Below are positions 48,690 through 62,287 of a DNA stretch of 64,000 nt, piece by piece. Position 1 is the stretch's first letter, and each line of letters opens with the position of its first letter. The position numbers and the translations under genes are program-made. The stretch is from Lama glama. Lineage: Eukaryota. The notes under the pieces were generated by a model that worked only from the letters and a program-made list of their open reading frames with translations, searched no databases and was not told the DNA's origin. The stretch is from contig CM052817.1 of the NCBI GenBank assembly GCA_028534125.1, positions 20,648,001 to 20,712,000 on the forward strand. The letters run 5' to 3'.

Positions 48690-50195
48690 TTCTTGATGTT
48701 GTTAATTTGTTTTTTTCTTGATCAATCTTGCAAAATGTATGAATTTTTAAAATACCAACTTTTGATTTTGTTGATTTAGTCTATTGTTCTGTTTGTTTTA
48801 TTGATTTCTAGTCTTTTATTTGTTAATTTATTTTTTCTAATTAATTTTTCACATACAATTGCTATTCTTTTTTTTAATCTTCTATGGTAGAAACTTAGGT
48901 CATTGATTTTACATCTTTATTCTTTGCTGAAAAGGGCTCAGAAAAGCTCTACATTTCTTTAAAAACTGCTTTAGGTGTATCTTACAAATTTTATGTATTA
49001 TTTTTATTATTATTATTATTATGGTTGAAATATTTTCTATTTTGCTTTATGTTTTTTGTAGAAATTATTTAGAAATGCATTACTTAATTTGAAGATATTC
49101 ATGAATTATCTACACATCTGATTATCATTGATTTCTCATTTTACATTATTTTAGGCAGAGAATATGCTTTGTATATTTTGGTCCTTTGAAATTTACTGAG
49201 TTTTACTTTTTGGCTCAAAATATGGTTGATCTTGTTGAGTGTTCAATACGCACTTGAACAAAAACTGTGAATTTCATTCTTGTTGGGTATAGTAATCTTT
49301 ACGTGCCAAATAAATTGGTTGACAATTCTACTCAAATCCTCCATGCCATACGAATTTTTTTCAGCTTAAAAAAAAATCAGTTCCCATGAAGTATGTTATA
49401 TACCCAACTAGGATTGTGGTTTTATCTTTTTCTATCTTTAGTTCTGTCATTTTTTCCCTACACTTTAATATTATTTGTATAATAATTTTTATAATAGTAT
49501 ATATACATATGTAGCCACACATACACACATGTGTATATTAACACACATATATTTACAAATGCATACATACACATACATTTATACAAATAAACATCATTTT
49601 AAAGATCTGCTTTATTTTGTGCACATGAATACCCTTGTTGGTGTTTTTATTTCTTTCTTAATGTCCAGACTTCCATTTTCTGGCATTTTCCTTCAGCATG
49701 AAGAACTAATTTTGTCATATCGTGCAGTAAATTTCTGCTAGAAGCATATACTTTCAGCTCTGTCTGTCTGAAAAAGTCCTTATTTTATTTTCATGTTTGA
49801 AGGATATTTTCACTGGAGATAGAATTCTTGTTTCACTTCTTTTTTTCTTTAAATTCTTTAAAACTCTGTTTCATTGCCCTCTGATCTTAACTGTTTCTGA
49901 TCAGATGTCTGCCTTAACTCATTATTGTTCTGCGTGTTATGTGCCTTTTTGTCTTTGCCTGGTGATGAAATTTTCTATTTATGTTCACTTCATAGCCCTT
50001 TAACTGTGAAGGGCTTAGGTATAGTTTTTGTTGTAGGTATTCTGTGTGAGGTTCACTGACCATCTTGGATATAGCATGCATAGGTTAAAATATTTTTATT
50101 ATATTTAGAAAAAAATCTTAGCCATTATCTTTTCAAGTATTCCCTCCACCCTATTCCTGTTCTTAACTTCTTCTGGGAGCTCTATTTCACTGTCT
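48690..50195 (-). mobile_element. Old antisense L1 (L1M-type) fragment
   Basis: T-rich, with L1-like blocks: aactgctttaggtgtatcttacaaattt, tggtcctttgaaatttactgag, tttgaaggatattttcactgga...agaattct, ttagccattatcttttcaagtatt. Confidence 0.75.
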
Positions 50196-50207
50196 GTACC
50201 CGTATTT

Positions 50208-50585
50208 CTTTTTTTTTTTTTGTAGGGTTTTTTTTAACATTTTTTATTGATTTATAATCATTTTACAATGTTGTGTCAAATTCCAGTGTTCAGTACAATT
50301 TTTCAGTCATTCATGGACATATACACACTCATTGTCACATTTTTTTCTCTGTGATTTATCATAACATTTTGTGTATATTTCCCTGTGCTATACAGTGTAA
50401 TCTTGTTTATCTATTCTACACTTTTGAAATCCCAGTCTATCCCTTCCCACCCTCTACCCCTCTGGTAACCACAAGTCTGTATTCTCTGTCCATGAGTCTT
50501 TAGATTCCACATATGAGTGATCTCATATGGTATTTTTCTTTCTCTTTCTGGCTTACTTCACTTAGAATGACATTCTCTGGGAGCA
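50208..50585 (-). mobile_element. Younger L1 3' end (camelid-like), antisense
   Basis: PolyT head, then aacattttttattgatttataatcattttacaatgttgtgtcaaattccagtg...tttccctgtgctatacag...ttagattccacatatgag...ctggcttacttcacttagaatgac. Confidence 0.88.
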
Positions 50586-51849
50586 ATTTCTATACATATC
50601 TTTAGCTAGGCCCATGTCTACAATAATCTAGCAATACATACTTTCTCCATTTATTCTTCCTTCCCACTAGGAAAATGTATACTTATATTTGTAATTTTGA
50701 GGTTTCAGAAATGCTTCTTGAGGTTAAGCAATTCCAAGAATAGGATAAATCATAACTTCAGTAGCTAAAAGTGAACCCAACAAGAGAAAAAAGTACAAAA
50801 ATAACAGCAAATAATAAATTGGGGATGCTGAGTGAGTTTGATGATTTCTCATCTTTATGTCTAACATCCTTGAGATGGCTAAGAGAAACAGAAGATATGA
50901 GGTTGGCAGATTTCTAAATATAAAGACATGTTAAAAAAAATGTAAAGAATGAAACTTTAATTGCGAATGTATTATAGTGTGTTATGTTTTCACTTTTTTG
51001 ATGAACTTTTTTATATTTATTACCTTTTTAATATGTTCATTTCCACTGAGGACTTTTTAATTTATATTAATCAAAATACCTCAAAGTAAAAGATAATATA
51101 CATGGAATTTAGTGTGTCTACATATTACGCAAATTTTAAAATGCCTACCTGAGGTGGTTAAGTGTTCCTTCATTTCAGTCAAGCACAAAATAGTCTGTTA
51201 GTCAATAAAAGAGTATCTTTAAATAGAATGACAAAAAGCCCTCAAATGACTGAGTTTGATGTTATTTATCCTCCATTATTGAATTAACTCAGGCACAGAT
51301 TTTAAATAAAAACAAATACGTCATGTGGGTTACTTGAAATCATTACACTAAGTAGAGTGCTCTCTGTTTTAATAAGGCTAAGATATAGAATCTTGGCACG
51401 AACTAAAATTCCATAACTAGCAACATTCTTATATTTATAAAATAGTTATATGAATATTATACGAACATAATAGTCAACTGATAATTGAGTATTAAGGGCA
51501 GATACTAACAACTGTACCATAAATTCTATTTAAAAATTTTACATTGGGTCTTGAAGGGGTAACAACAGAACAGGTTTCAAGGATCTATAGGCCGATTTAA
51601 AATGGAAATAATTGTAAGTATTGCATACAATCATTCAGTGTGATATACTGATTTGTCTACTCAGACACCTAGACTTTAAAACTCCTTCTCTGTCCTCAAG
51701 TATATATTTACCAGAAAAGTAACATCTTCTTTCTTTTTCATTAAGTAGTGACTACTCCTCTCCACTTCTCTCTTTATTTTCTTATTTAAGACACTATTTA
51801 ACTGAACTGGGGGTGAATAAAAGACCCAATTTGAGTAAGTTTTGTTCAC

Positions 51850-52467
51850 AAGGAAACTGGACTGGGGCTGAGAGCTATCTGACATGTAAAGATGGAGGAG
51901 CCTGCATATAGGGAGAAGGAGGAAAATGAGGGAGAAACAAGGATGGACAAAACTGAGAGAGTTCTGATGACATCTGACTCTTAAAGTCACTTCCTATGAC
52001 CCAGCGTTGTCCTGAGCCTACCTGTAACATCTTCTTGTATTTTGAAGACACTTTCCACATGTTTAAGTTGGCATGAATGGGTGCTGAGATAAACTGATGC
52101 CCATTCAAATTTTCAGTTTACTCGAATATGCATCAATTTCAACAGGGCAGTGCCAAAGCAAAGTGGTTAGGAATGACTCCCCTGACAGGGGAAGACAGGG
52201 GAAATGTTTATACAGAGACTGTGCAGAAGCAAAGCCAAAAAAAAAAAAAAATTGATTGGTTAAAGCTTCAGTGGTTGCCATATTTGGGAAAGCCTAGTTG
52301 GTTGTTCTCAAGTTTCACTTTCTCAAATTCAAGTGCGTTTATTCTGGCTTAGGTTTTGGTTTTGCTTACTACCAAGGAACTGCAGCCACCTCAGTCTAAT
52401 GGCCTCCTTGTTTAGTTACTTTAACATGGGTTTCTGTCATTTGCAACCAAGAGTCCTGAATAATGCA
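51850..52467 (+). mobile_element. MLT1 (J/K/L-like) LTR interrupted by a younger LTR
   Basis: ctgatgacatc...gcctacctg...tgtttaag lies left of the insertion, and the MLT1 3' end gggtttctgtcatttgcaaccaagagtcctgaataatgca lies right of it. Confidence 0.6.
52082..52426 (-). mobile_element. ERV1 (MER4-group-like) solo LTR nested in MLT1
   Basis: TG...CA termini (tgctgaga...tttaaca) and a 4-bp TSD TGGG (52078-52081 and 52427-52430). ttgattggtta and ggcctccttgttt...aaca motifs are typical of this class. Confidence 0.7.
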
Positions 52468-52614
52468 ATCACCTGCAGCAAATGAGACCAATGACATCTC
52501 CTCTCGTTGTAAATGATTTCCAGTAACACACATGCATCGGTTTCATCTTTACCACAAAGCTCCAGAAGTCCTTATACAAAATATCTGGTTTTCTTGATAT
52601 TACCTACTTCATTG

Positions 52615-53070
52615 TGTTTTCTTTTTTTCTTTTCTTTTTTATTGCCTGAATGTGTGCACAAGTACAAAAAGGCACTGAGAATAACATAACAATACATATC
52701 GTATCTCCTTTAGAACAATCCCTGCCCATGTTTCCAGAGACAAATACTGTCAGCAGGTCAGTGTATACAGTTCTAGTCTGTGTTTATCCTTCTACCTACA
52801 TGTATGTTTATAAGAATTTTAGTTCGGAGAGTGAAATTAAAAAAATACGGATAATAATGTGACTCAATTTTTCACTTTTTATTTTGTTCTTGAAGTCTCT
52901 TCCTCATTTTCTGTGTGTGTGTACGTGTGTGCATCTCCATATATATCTCTCATTGTATACATTATTGTTAATTGTTCCATTAGTATTCTACATTCTAGTC
53001 ATCTATTTCTCTAATGATGGGCATTGAGTTATTTCCAACTTAGTTACTACAAACAATGCTGTGATTGATC
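52615..53070 (-). mobile_element. Ancient L1ME-type 3' fragment
   Basis: ccagagacaaatactgtcagcag...tctctaatgatgggcattgagttatttccaac...tactacaaacaatgctgtgat. Confidence 0.6.
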
Positions 53071-55894
53071 ACCCTCCCTAAGTTCAGCCATCTGCTCTGA
53101 TTTCTACCACCAGATGATTGTCATCATGGTTCTGGATTCACATTCTAATTGCTTGGCTGGCCATTCTCCCATTATTCTTACCTGGACCTCTCCTCATGTG
53201 CCCCTCTCACCATGGTAAATGCTCTTAGCACTCAATTCCTGAAGAAAGGACTTTGGGAGATGAGCTAATTCAGGATCCTGAAACTGAAGCCTACCTGGAT
53301 CTTTCTCTGATCAAGTAGTTTGGACAAGATCATGAATTAAATAAAAGCATTATTACCTCTTATGGTTTCTAGTTTTTCCTGCTCAACCGGTGGCTATCAA
53401 TACAGAATTTGGAGTTTGTGTGCCGCATTTAAAATGGCTTGGCTATTAATTGCTGCTCTCATCAGTATTTCTCACGAATCAGGTTTAGAAATGATAGATA
53501 TTATTTTTGTTTTCCCTAATACTTGTTTTTGATATTGTAGGTAAATTCAACTCAAGAGGAAGAAAGCAGCTGGGAATTGTTTGAACAACAATAGGTTCTC
53601 TAGTTCTTTAATAAAATATTGTGACTTTGTTGACGATTATCTACGGTCAATTCGCTCTGAAAAAAAAGAATCAATATGGACTGGAATCACCAGGACCCTA
53701 CTTACGATGGTGTCTGCATTATTACAGTCTTGTTATATTTCACCATTGAGTTTATGCCTGCAGTTTCTCCGTTGGAGTCTCACCCACGGTGGTTTAAGAT
53801 TGCATATTTAAAAACACGTGCCTGGGCCCTGAAACATTTAAATGTGATAAAAATCAATTTTACCTACGTGATTCCCAGCTGAATGCCACTTCTGATGTAC
53901 ATCAGCTTCAAAAGAAATTAAAAGATAAGTAACATGATTACAGTCAGATTAGCTTGTCTAGGCAGACAAACGAGATTGCAGAGTTGTCTGAGTGAAGACA
54001 CTCACTTCCTAGTGAGACCAGTTTACATCACATTAAACAAAAATGAGTTTCCAATAGGAGTGCTGTGCAACAAAATGGGTAAGTGGGAAACTGCACCCTT
54101 GTGACCGAATACAAGTCAGGGAAATTCTCTGTTATTTTGTGACGATTCGAGAATTTACTGCCTGTCAGAAATCTTTATAGAAAAAAGTGGAGTTATTCTC
54201 TGAGATTTGCTGCTTAAGCTGAGAGAAATATTTCTTTGATTAGTAGAACTCAGGAAAGTCAAGAGGGGAACACTGATTAGGGAAAAATCTTGAATCCCAA
54301 GTTATTATTCTACATTGTAAAATAGGAAAATTAATAATATTCAGAGGGTCACTCATGACAAGGGTCACGTCTAACTAGAAAAGAGGTGCATACATGAATG
54401 ATTACTAACTAGATGGTGGACAAGAATGGGGTGGGCTCAGCTTCAATTATCACAATAACTTCAGTGGGGACAAAAGCTCTTGACCCTATGTAATCTTAAA
54501 ATACCTTTTATTGTGTTGGACCAAGGGAGAAAGAAAAAAGAAAAAAAGAAAAAAAAAGCAAGTAAAGATGTATAGGACAGGTAGAAAATAACTTGGCAAT
54601 GCTTATCCAAGCAAATGTGATAACACCATCATAAGCCATTTTCTTTTTAGTCTGTAATTACTTTGGTTATAAAGAAAAACTATTCAGGAAATTGAAATTA
54701 TTTAAGTGCCTTCATGATTGGACTATAGTATAGGTGCCTTGATGATTGGACGACTCCACGAATAAGAATGCTTTAGGGGCAAATTTTAAAAATAAAAAAA
54801 TATTGAAAATAAGTGAAGCCCACGACAAAGCTATTGCAGTTAGAGTAAGGGACGTAACAGGAAGGAAGGGAGTCTTGTGAAAGTGAGCCTGAAACAAGAG
54901 AGTTATTTTTACACCACAACGAAATAGCCAATTCTCCTCATATTTTGATCATAAATGTCCATTTCCCCAAACACCAGTTCTGTCTTTTTAAAAAATATCT
55001 TACAATTGCAGAGTTCCTGTGCGTCAAGATCTTTTTTCAAATTGCAGAGAAACTGAGGGGAACATATCTCAGAACGAGTAGGGTATTTAGAATAATTTGC
55101 TGACAAAAATATTATAGAGCATCTATTCAGAATTTATCATTTTCCCTAATGTTTGCATTGTTTACAAAAGGAAAGAAAACTATCAGGTGAAGCATATGTC
55201 ACTGCCTTCAACTGACCTCAAGGAAAGTGCAATTATATCTTTTCTTCACAAAATGTGTAAAAGGAAAAGCAAATGCAGGGAAATGATTGTCAGGGAGGAA
55301 TCGTGGGAAATATTTCAAGTAGATATTTTTCTTCTTCTAAATATAAACCAAATACCTTGTAGCCTTAATTTCAGTAAAGCTCAGTTGTATATATAACCTG
55401 AATATCACAGATTACACATGCCAGCATATTAAGAAACTCTTCGATCTCTGATTTAGATCTATTTTTAAATTAAGCAGAAATACATCACCAGAGAAATGTG
55501 AAGCACTCAGCTGAGTGCACATTAGGAAAAAGCAGACATAAAGCTTTTACAAAGCACGGCAATCCTCATGAATATGTTTTGACAAATATTGCTATCAATC
55601 ATTGGTTACTCCTTTTGTGGTCTGGATATTTAATTGCTAGTAGTTCTTTCCAGAAGTCAATTGTTGGCTCACTTTTCAGTAAATGACTTTAAATGAAAGT
55701 CTTTCTAGAGCAAATTAACTTAATTTCTATGCAGTGATGTGTTTTATGAGCAGTTTGGAAGTGAAACAACCATCTTGGAAAGTATCAGCCTTGAAGCAAT
55801 AGCCAAAGGGAAAAAAAATTATTTCAGCTTTCATGGATCTTTGAATATAAATGTACATTTTTTTCTGGCCCTCTAACTTTATTTCTCCTCTTGG

Positions 55895-56050
55895 TTTTTC
55901 CTCTATGCTACAATTTTCTCATCTAAAAAATAGGCTTAATAATATTTTCTCATGTGGTTGTTGTGATGATTAAATGAGTTAATCTATACATAAAGCCTCG
56001 TGTATTGCCTAATCCGTAGTAAGTGCCCAAATAATGTCCATTGCCATTAT
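55895..56050 (+). mobile_element. MIR SINE fragment
   Basis: caattttctcatctaaaaaatagg...ggttgttgtgatgattaaatgagttaatctatacataaagc...tagtaagtgccc. Confidence 0.8.
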
Positions 56051-56123
56051 TCATCTTATCTAGCACAAACCGGACTTATTCCCCATAATGTAATGTCAAC
56101 TCGGTTACACTATGTCAAATGTG

Positions 56124-56538
56124 TGTATAATAGGAAAACAAGTTAATCACTAAAGGAATGTTGCCTATAAGCTTAAGTTATACATAATGGCCCATCTCTG
56201 GGAACCCTGCCTCCCAGGGAATGAGCATTTAGCTAAAATGCCTTTGCTTAACTCACAAGAAACATCCTGACTAGACCCACCGGTGAATGGCGGCAGGAAG
56301 GATGAAATTATCACACCCCATCTGGAGTTTGGCTGGAACCAGGACTCATCCCCTCCCCTTTTAGTATAAAAGAAGCCTGAATTCTAACCATGGGAAGATG
56401 GTTCTTTAGTACACTAGCCCACTATCTTCTAGGTCTGCTGGACTTCTGAATAAAGTCGCTATTCCTCACCCTGGTAACTCATCTCACAATTTATTGGCCT
56501 GTCGTGTGGCGAGCAGTATAAGCTTGGACTTGGTAGCA
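56124..56538 (+). mobile_element. ERV1-type solo LTR (5' end approximate)
   Basis: TATAAAA at 56365-56371, AATAAA at 56449-56454, and U5-like tttattggcctgtcgtgtggcgagcag...ggtagca ending in CA. Confidence 0.78.
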
Positions 56539-57864
56539 TGTATGTCGTGGCACTGTCACAGGATTACTTGTGATAACTAATGGTTATCTTTTTTCCAGTG
56601 TGTGTCAAATAGTGCTCATTTAGCACAATTTATACACCAAGGCAAGCATATCTGAGACGCCCTTGTGATTTAAAGTCTTTTTGAATTATAGGTAGTCCAC
56701 CATACTTAAGGAGCTAAGTGAAGCTATTTGGTCAATAATTTCCACAGGGCTTTGCTTTCCACTCCATACCCTCCCCCTAAATAGTCTCTCCTTCTCTTTC
56801 TCTCAATCTCCCTCTCACTTTCTATTTTAACTTTCACTTAAGATTGCATTTCATTCTTTATATTGTATTTGACTCCATTGGTTGAAACATTTTATGTTTC
56901 TAAAGCACTATTTTGAGCCATACATTCAGCCAGGAATTAGACATTCTTGGTTAAGATTACTCTGCCACATTTTAGCCTAACCAATCCCACCTCCCGTTCA
57001 GGCTTCCGTGCTATTTTCCCAGGATAGAACTTTTGTCACTCTGGTTTCCTCTGTCTTTTGAAATACAAAGTTCAGTGAATGCTTTGCTTGATCGATTGGT
57101 TTCTTCTTCATTTCATGTTTTATGTGTGGCACTGTCTGGTTCAGGACCATGACTTCGGCTGGAGATAACCATGATCTTAGATTTCGGTCACTCGCCATTC
57201 CAAACTGTAAAGAATTGTTCCTGCAAAGCAGATCCAGAGCTATTTATTAATACCCTTCCTGTAAAGTACCTTGGGCAATTTTAAACTTAGTTTTTCTCCT
57301 TGGTTATGTGCCTTCTGCATCCACACTTAAAACCAAAACATTTTCGTTTATCTGAATACCTGAGTCTTTAGTCAATTCTCACATGTTTAACTTGCTTAAA
57401 TCAACAGGAAGCTTTTCGATAAAAGGTGAGTTGCTATTTCTCTGTGAGTCGTTGTTTATAGGAACGCATGACTGTGTGAGTGCTAAGTTTTTGTATTTGT
57501 TTGAGTTCACTTGTGTTTTGAATTATCACCTTGACTCATGCATAACACTGTTAGAAATTTTATTTTCCTTAGTAAACATCTTGGTTTAAGTTATGTTACT
57601 CATTCCCAATTCCTAGAAAAAAAAAATCTTGTTTTAAGAGATTATTTTCCTTGAATGTACAAAGCAATGTAAAGTTCTCATCTTTTAAAAAATGTTTGGA
57701 ATGATCATGAAACTTATTTCCCTCTGTCTGCCAGGTTATTATACCCTGGAGACATAATTAAGGAGACTCAGGGTCCTGCTGGTAAAGGAACTGTTAGTGC
57801 TTAGCTCACTAATAAGGGCTTTTCCAGAGAGTTTTGAGGAGAAAAAATTCTCTGATTCTTAGTA

Positions 57865-58325
57865 TAAAGAAGTCCTTGAAACATCCTAAATTTTTTTCTT
57901 TAAGAGGATGGCTAAATACACTCACTGTAGTATTCCTTATTGTGGAATACTGTGCAGCATTGAAAAAGAATGACGTACATCAGGTTGTAGAAGCAAAAAG
58001 CATTTCTAAGAAATAGTGTGTAAAAATAAGAAGTTGCAGAAAAATATGTAACAGTGATATAATTCATATTATATAAACATTATATATAAACTATCTACCT
58101 ATCTATCTATCTATCTATCACAAACCAAAATAGTAAGGCTCCATCTGTGGATGCATGGGATTATGTGTGTAAATGTAGAACTATATGTGGGGCAGGGCCA
58201 GTAGGAGATGTATTGGATTGCCATTAGAAGACAAAGGAGAACGGATTTATTTCTAATACTTGAATTTTTAAAGAACAATGTATTTATATGTTACTTTAGT
58301 ATCTGAAAATTGACTTAAAAAAGCA
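57865..58325 (+). mobile_element. Ancient L1ME-type 3' fragment
   Basis: gaaacatcctaaat...aggatggctaaata...tggaatactgtgcagcattgaaaaagaatga...aaaataagaagttgcagaa. Confidence 0.6.
58091..58119. repeat. (CTAT)n tetranucleotide microsatellite
   Basis: ctatctacctatctatctatctatctatc. Confidence 0.9.
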
Positions 58326-58622
58326 TTTGTATAACAGGCACTATACTTTCAATTTTCTCCCACTCCCTTCCTGTCATATCTTCAAAGAGAGGTTAGTAAG
58401 CATTTTATTTGAACAGGACATTCAACTTGTAAGTTTAACTTAAAATGAACACTAAAATTTTAAGATTCTATAAGATGAAGAGTCCATAAGAACCAAAAGT
58501 TTTGTATGATCAGTTATTTAGTTGAAATCGTTCTTTTTTTTATCATCATCATCAACACTATCCATTTTTGCAAAGTGATGATCATAAATGCAAATGTATA
58601 TATGCATATCCAAACGTATGTT

Positions 58623-58641
58623 TGTGTGTGTGTGTGTGTGT
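58623..58641. repeat. (TG)n microsatellite
   Basis: Perfect TG run. Confidence 0.9.
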
Positions 58642-59259
58642 ATAAGATAAAGAGCCTGGAAACGCAAATAATACATAAAAGTTGATCATTTGTGTTGTTT
58701 TGGGATGTTAGGACAGATACATTTAAACATTAACTGACAATAAAAAGGAGCATATCCTAGAGGCAGAATGAGTAGTAAACACAAGCATTAAGTGCATTCT
58801 GAACCGTATGAGACAGATATGATTGAAAGATGGTACCGTGGGTGATATCTCAAACAACAAAATTTCCTAAGTGAAAGAATGTAAATGTGCTCTCAGTAGA
58901 TAGTATGAAACGAATAAAGGGTTGATACGACAGCGTATGGTATGTTCAGAGAATGTTAAATAGACATTCTGATATAATATTTTTGTATAAGATCAATGAA
59001 TATGCTGCCTTTTAGGAAAAAACTATTTCAAATTCAAGTGTCTTATAAGCTTCAATAATATGTATCTCTTGGCCTTAGTTTCTTCCCTCTAAAATGTGAA
59101 GATTTCGACAAAAGGGCACTATGGTTGCTTTGAGGTATGCACTTTCAGATAGAGGTTTTGTTTCTAGATTCTCGAGTCTTGAACTGAGCATATCAGAGAG
59201 TAATCAAAGCCCAGTCTAGTCTAAGCTTGATGCAAAATACAAAATAATGGGGAGAAAAA

Positions 59260-59485
59260 TGGGCCAGGAATCGGGAGATCTGGATTATGGTTCCAGCTTG
59301 GTCACTCAGCAGTTGTGAAAATGGAGATAGGGCCCTTAAAAATTTTGGACTTCGGTTTCTTCCTTTATAATGTTGGGATAATAATTCTCAGTCATACTGC
59401 AAGGCTGTAGTGTCAATCAACAACTTCCTGTATGCAAGTGCTTGGTAAATTTTAAAATGTTCTTAAGTGTAAAGCGTTATTATTA
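59260..59485 (+). mobile_element. MIR (MIRc/MIR3-like) SINE
   Basis: caggaatcgggagatctggattatggttccagcttggtcact...ggacttcggtttcttcc...tgcaagtgcttggtaaattttaaaatg. Confidence 0.6.
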
Positions 59486-59559
59486 AATCCAAACATTGGT
59501 GATAAAAATGTAAAGCACTCTAGGCACACTGTCCTCTTATTATCCCTTGACAATGATAA

Positions 59560-59952
59560 GCAAGATCTGTTCCCCTCCTTTGCATACTGTACCAGCTGTG
59601 TCTGGTACTCTCTTTGACAGGATTATCTGCAAGGCTCATTCTCTTACTTTAAATGTCTACTGAAATGTCACATTATCAGAGAGGCCTCCCTTCCCTGACA
59701 TCCTCTATCAATTAGCAACACTCACCCAGGTACCACTATCTCCCTTACCATGCCTTATTTTATATTAACAACTGAAACATTATCACATTCTTCATATATC
59801 TAATTTTTCTATCTAATACTCTTTTCCCCCAACACACACAAGTGTAAAATCCATTAGAACAGTGATTTTGGTTTGGTTTTCTGTGGATCTCTAGTCCCTG
59901 GAAGGGTGCTTGACATATGGTAGGCACACAATAAATATTTATTGAATGACTG
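59560..59952 (+). mobile_element. L2a-type LINE 3' end
   Basis: aaatgtcacattatcagagaggcctccc...gtgcttgacatatggtaggcacacaataaatatttattgaatgactga is a classic L2 tail. Confidence 0.85.
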
Positions 59953-62287
59953 AGCAAACTTACCAATGATCTGAGGGAGGTTTGAATTAAAAAATATAAG
60001 TAAAACGAACTTTGTAATTCTTTTATCCCATAGCAGCTCACTTAATAAGCTTTTACATTTCTCCAGGAAATATTGAAAGCTCATACAATGAATACTTCAT
60101 GTCAAAGTGCCAAAATCCTTTGAGTTTTGCGAATACAACTTATTTTCAGAAAACAGTTTAACGGTGTCTATTGCAAGGAAATGCATTGGAGAGCCTGTCA
60201 TGTCAAAACATGAAACAAGTATCTCAGATATGTAAATGCCTCTAAGAATCAAGGGATACTTCATTATATAAAAGCCAATTATCTAAAAATAGATAAATCC
60301 TAGTTACTTGTACAGCCAGTTTGGAAACTGGGAACCAACAATAAGCCAGTAACCAAGTTATTTTATCCACCTGTCTTAAATGTCTTGCACGCCATACATA
60401 TGCATATATGGACATGTCAAAATCATGTGAGATGACTTGAATTTTTTATCTTTTACCTTCAGATTCTTCAAAAGAGTAGAGAAATTGATACGGCTAGAAA
60501 GAGCTTATCTAGAAGAATGTGAAGCTTGACAAATATCAATTCTAATAAGTTGAAATTTGACTACAAGTAACAATTTCTCTGTCCTTTTCGGCATAGCTTC
60601 AGAGGACAGCAGCTGGGACCCACATATCTCTGATTAGGCGATATGCTTGGGAATAATGCATTATTTGGAAAGTCATCTATTATATGTTGTACCTATTATA
60701 TATTGAATTAAAAAATAAACTTTTTGGCAATTTGTATCATTGCCACCAGGAATTGATCATCTCTTCAGTAAAAATAGTTTTGACATTTCCAGCTGAATCC
60801 TGCCTCTTTGTATTATAAAATTGCAACATTTCTAGAAATACTAAATGGAAAATGCCAAAGAATAAACTGAGATATGGTGCATACTGTTGCTTTATTTAAT
60901 CAAAATGCAGCAAATAAAGACCTTCAAATCTGCATAGGGGGAACTTAATAATACATGAAAGACTATGTTAGCATTTATTTTAACATGAGTCGTTTGGAGA
61001 TATAAAGACACTAGCAATACTTATAATCTAGGGTAAAATTATGAACTGTGTAAAACATATGACAGTGTCCATTTGGGAATTAAGAAAAGTTTAGAGAGGC
61101 CTTTATATTAACTGATAAAAGTTAAACCTCAAATTCAAGAAGTTTTACAGAAAGTGAAAGTATCTTCTAATAATAGACGTTCTCTCATGAAATCTGGAGA
61201 AAGATTGGGTTTCATAGTGTCATCAGTGAACTTCCTGTAACACCATCTGCTTTCACTGTAAATTAATTTTGATCCGCATGTGTATACGTGTGTGTGTGTA
61301 TAGATGGATGGAGAAACAAGTGGATGAGATTTTTTTTTGTTTGTAGATGTGTCAGACTTTGATATGCCCAGAGGGGAGTTTTTAACTCCATTGCAAATAT
61401 ATACAGTGCATTGAGTGAACTCATGAGTAAGTTGTCAAGACAAACATTTAAAGTAAAGATGATTGAAAGAGTTTCAGAACTAATGAACTTCCTTCTGGAG
61501 TCACCATGTCTGTTAATGGTACCTCCTACCCACCCCCAAACATGTGGGGCTGATCTAAATACAGCATCCTACGGAACTTCAGAGTAGATTGTTAACTGTC
61601 CATGAACTGTGAAAGGCCACACATGTGACCCCAAAACAGTGTTTGACAAGTATCACAATAATAGGACAATAATAGGAACAGTGTGTCTCAAACTTCTCAA
61701 ACCTAATAGCCGAAGGGTAAGTGAACTCAAGCATTGAGAATTGAGAGTCATAACATCCTGTTGGAATGTTGCAAGCTGGATGGTTCCCTTTTGAAGTTAA
61801 TCATGAAAAACATATGATGTTTGTTTTAATATACAGTGTTTTAAATTATTAACAAATGGTGGGGTTTAGTTTCCTACTTATGTTAATAGTAAGTGGAAGA
61901 TCAATTATTACATTGAATGTACCAACTAAAAGAAATGAGCTGGGATTATAATAGGTGACATTCTAGCAAGTTTTTTCATTGCTATTTTTCCATAGTGTTT
62001 TCATAACCTAGCCTTACATTAATACATAACTAAGTAATAACCGTTACTTTTTCATTTAATGTGATCAGGTAATTACTAAGGTGTATTGTCTAAGCAACTG
62101 GCCAATAAATAAAACATTGGTGGAAATTTAATTTTGGAGGGTGATGGGGAAGTGGGGAGGAAAATGCACAACTGTTTGCTCTGTGGTGAATGGAAAGAGT
62201 CTTTGATCCATGGGTCAGTCTCTGTGAGTGCTTCAGGGCAATAATCACCAAAACGTTTTTCAGTGAAGAAAAATAATTAGTGATGTT

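Noticed and set aside
2003..48721. Long ORFs of 176-235 aa in the ORF track at ~2.0-2.6, 23.9-24.6 and 48.1-48.7 kb
   Set aside because: They are artefacts of translating through N gaps.
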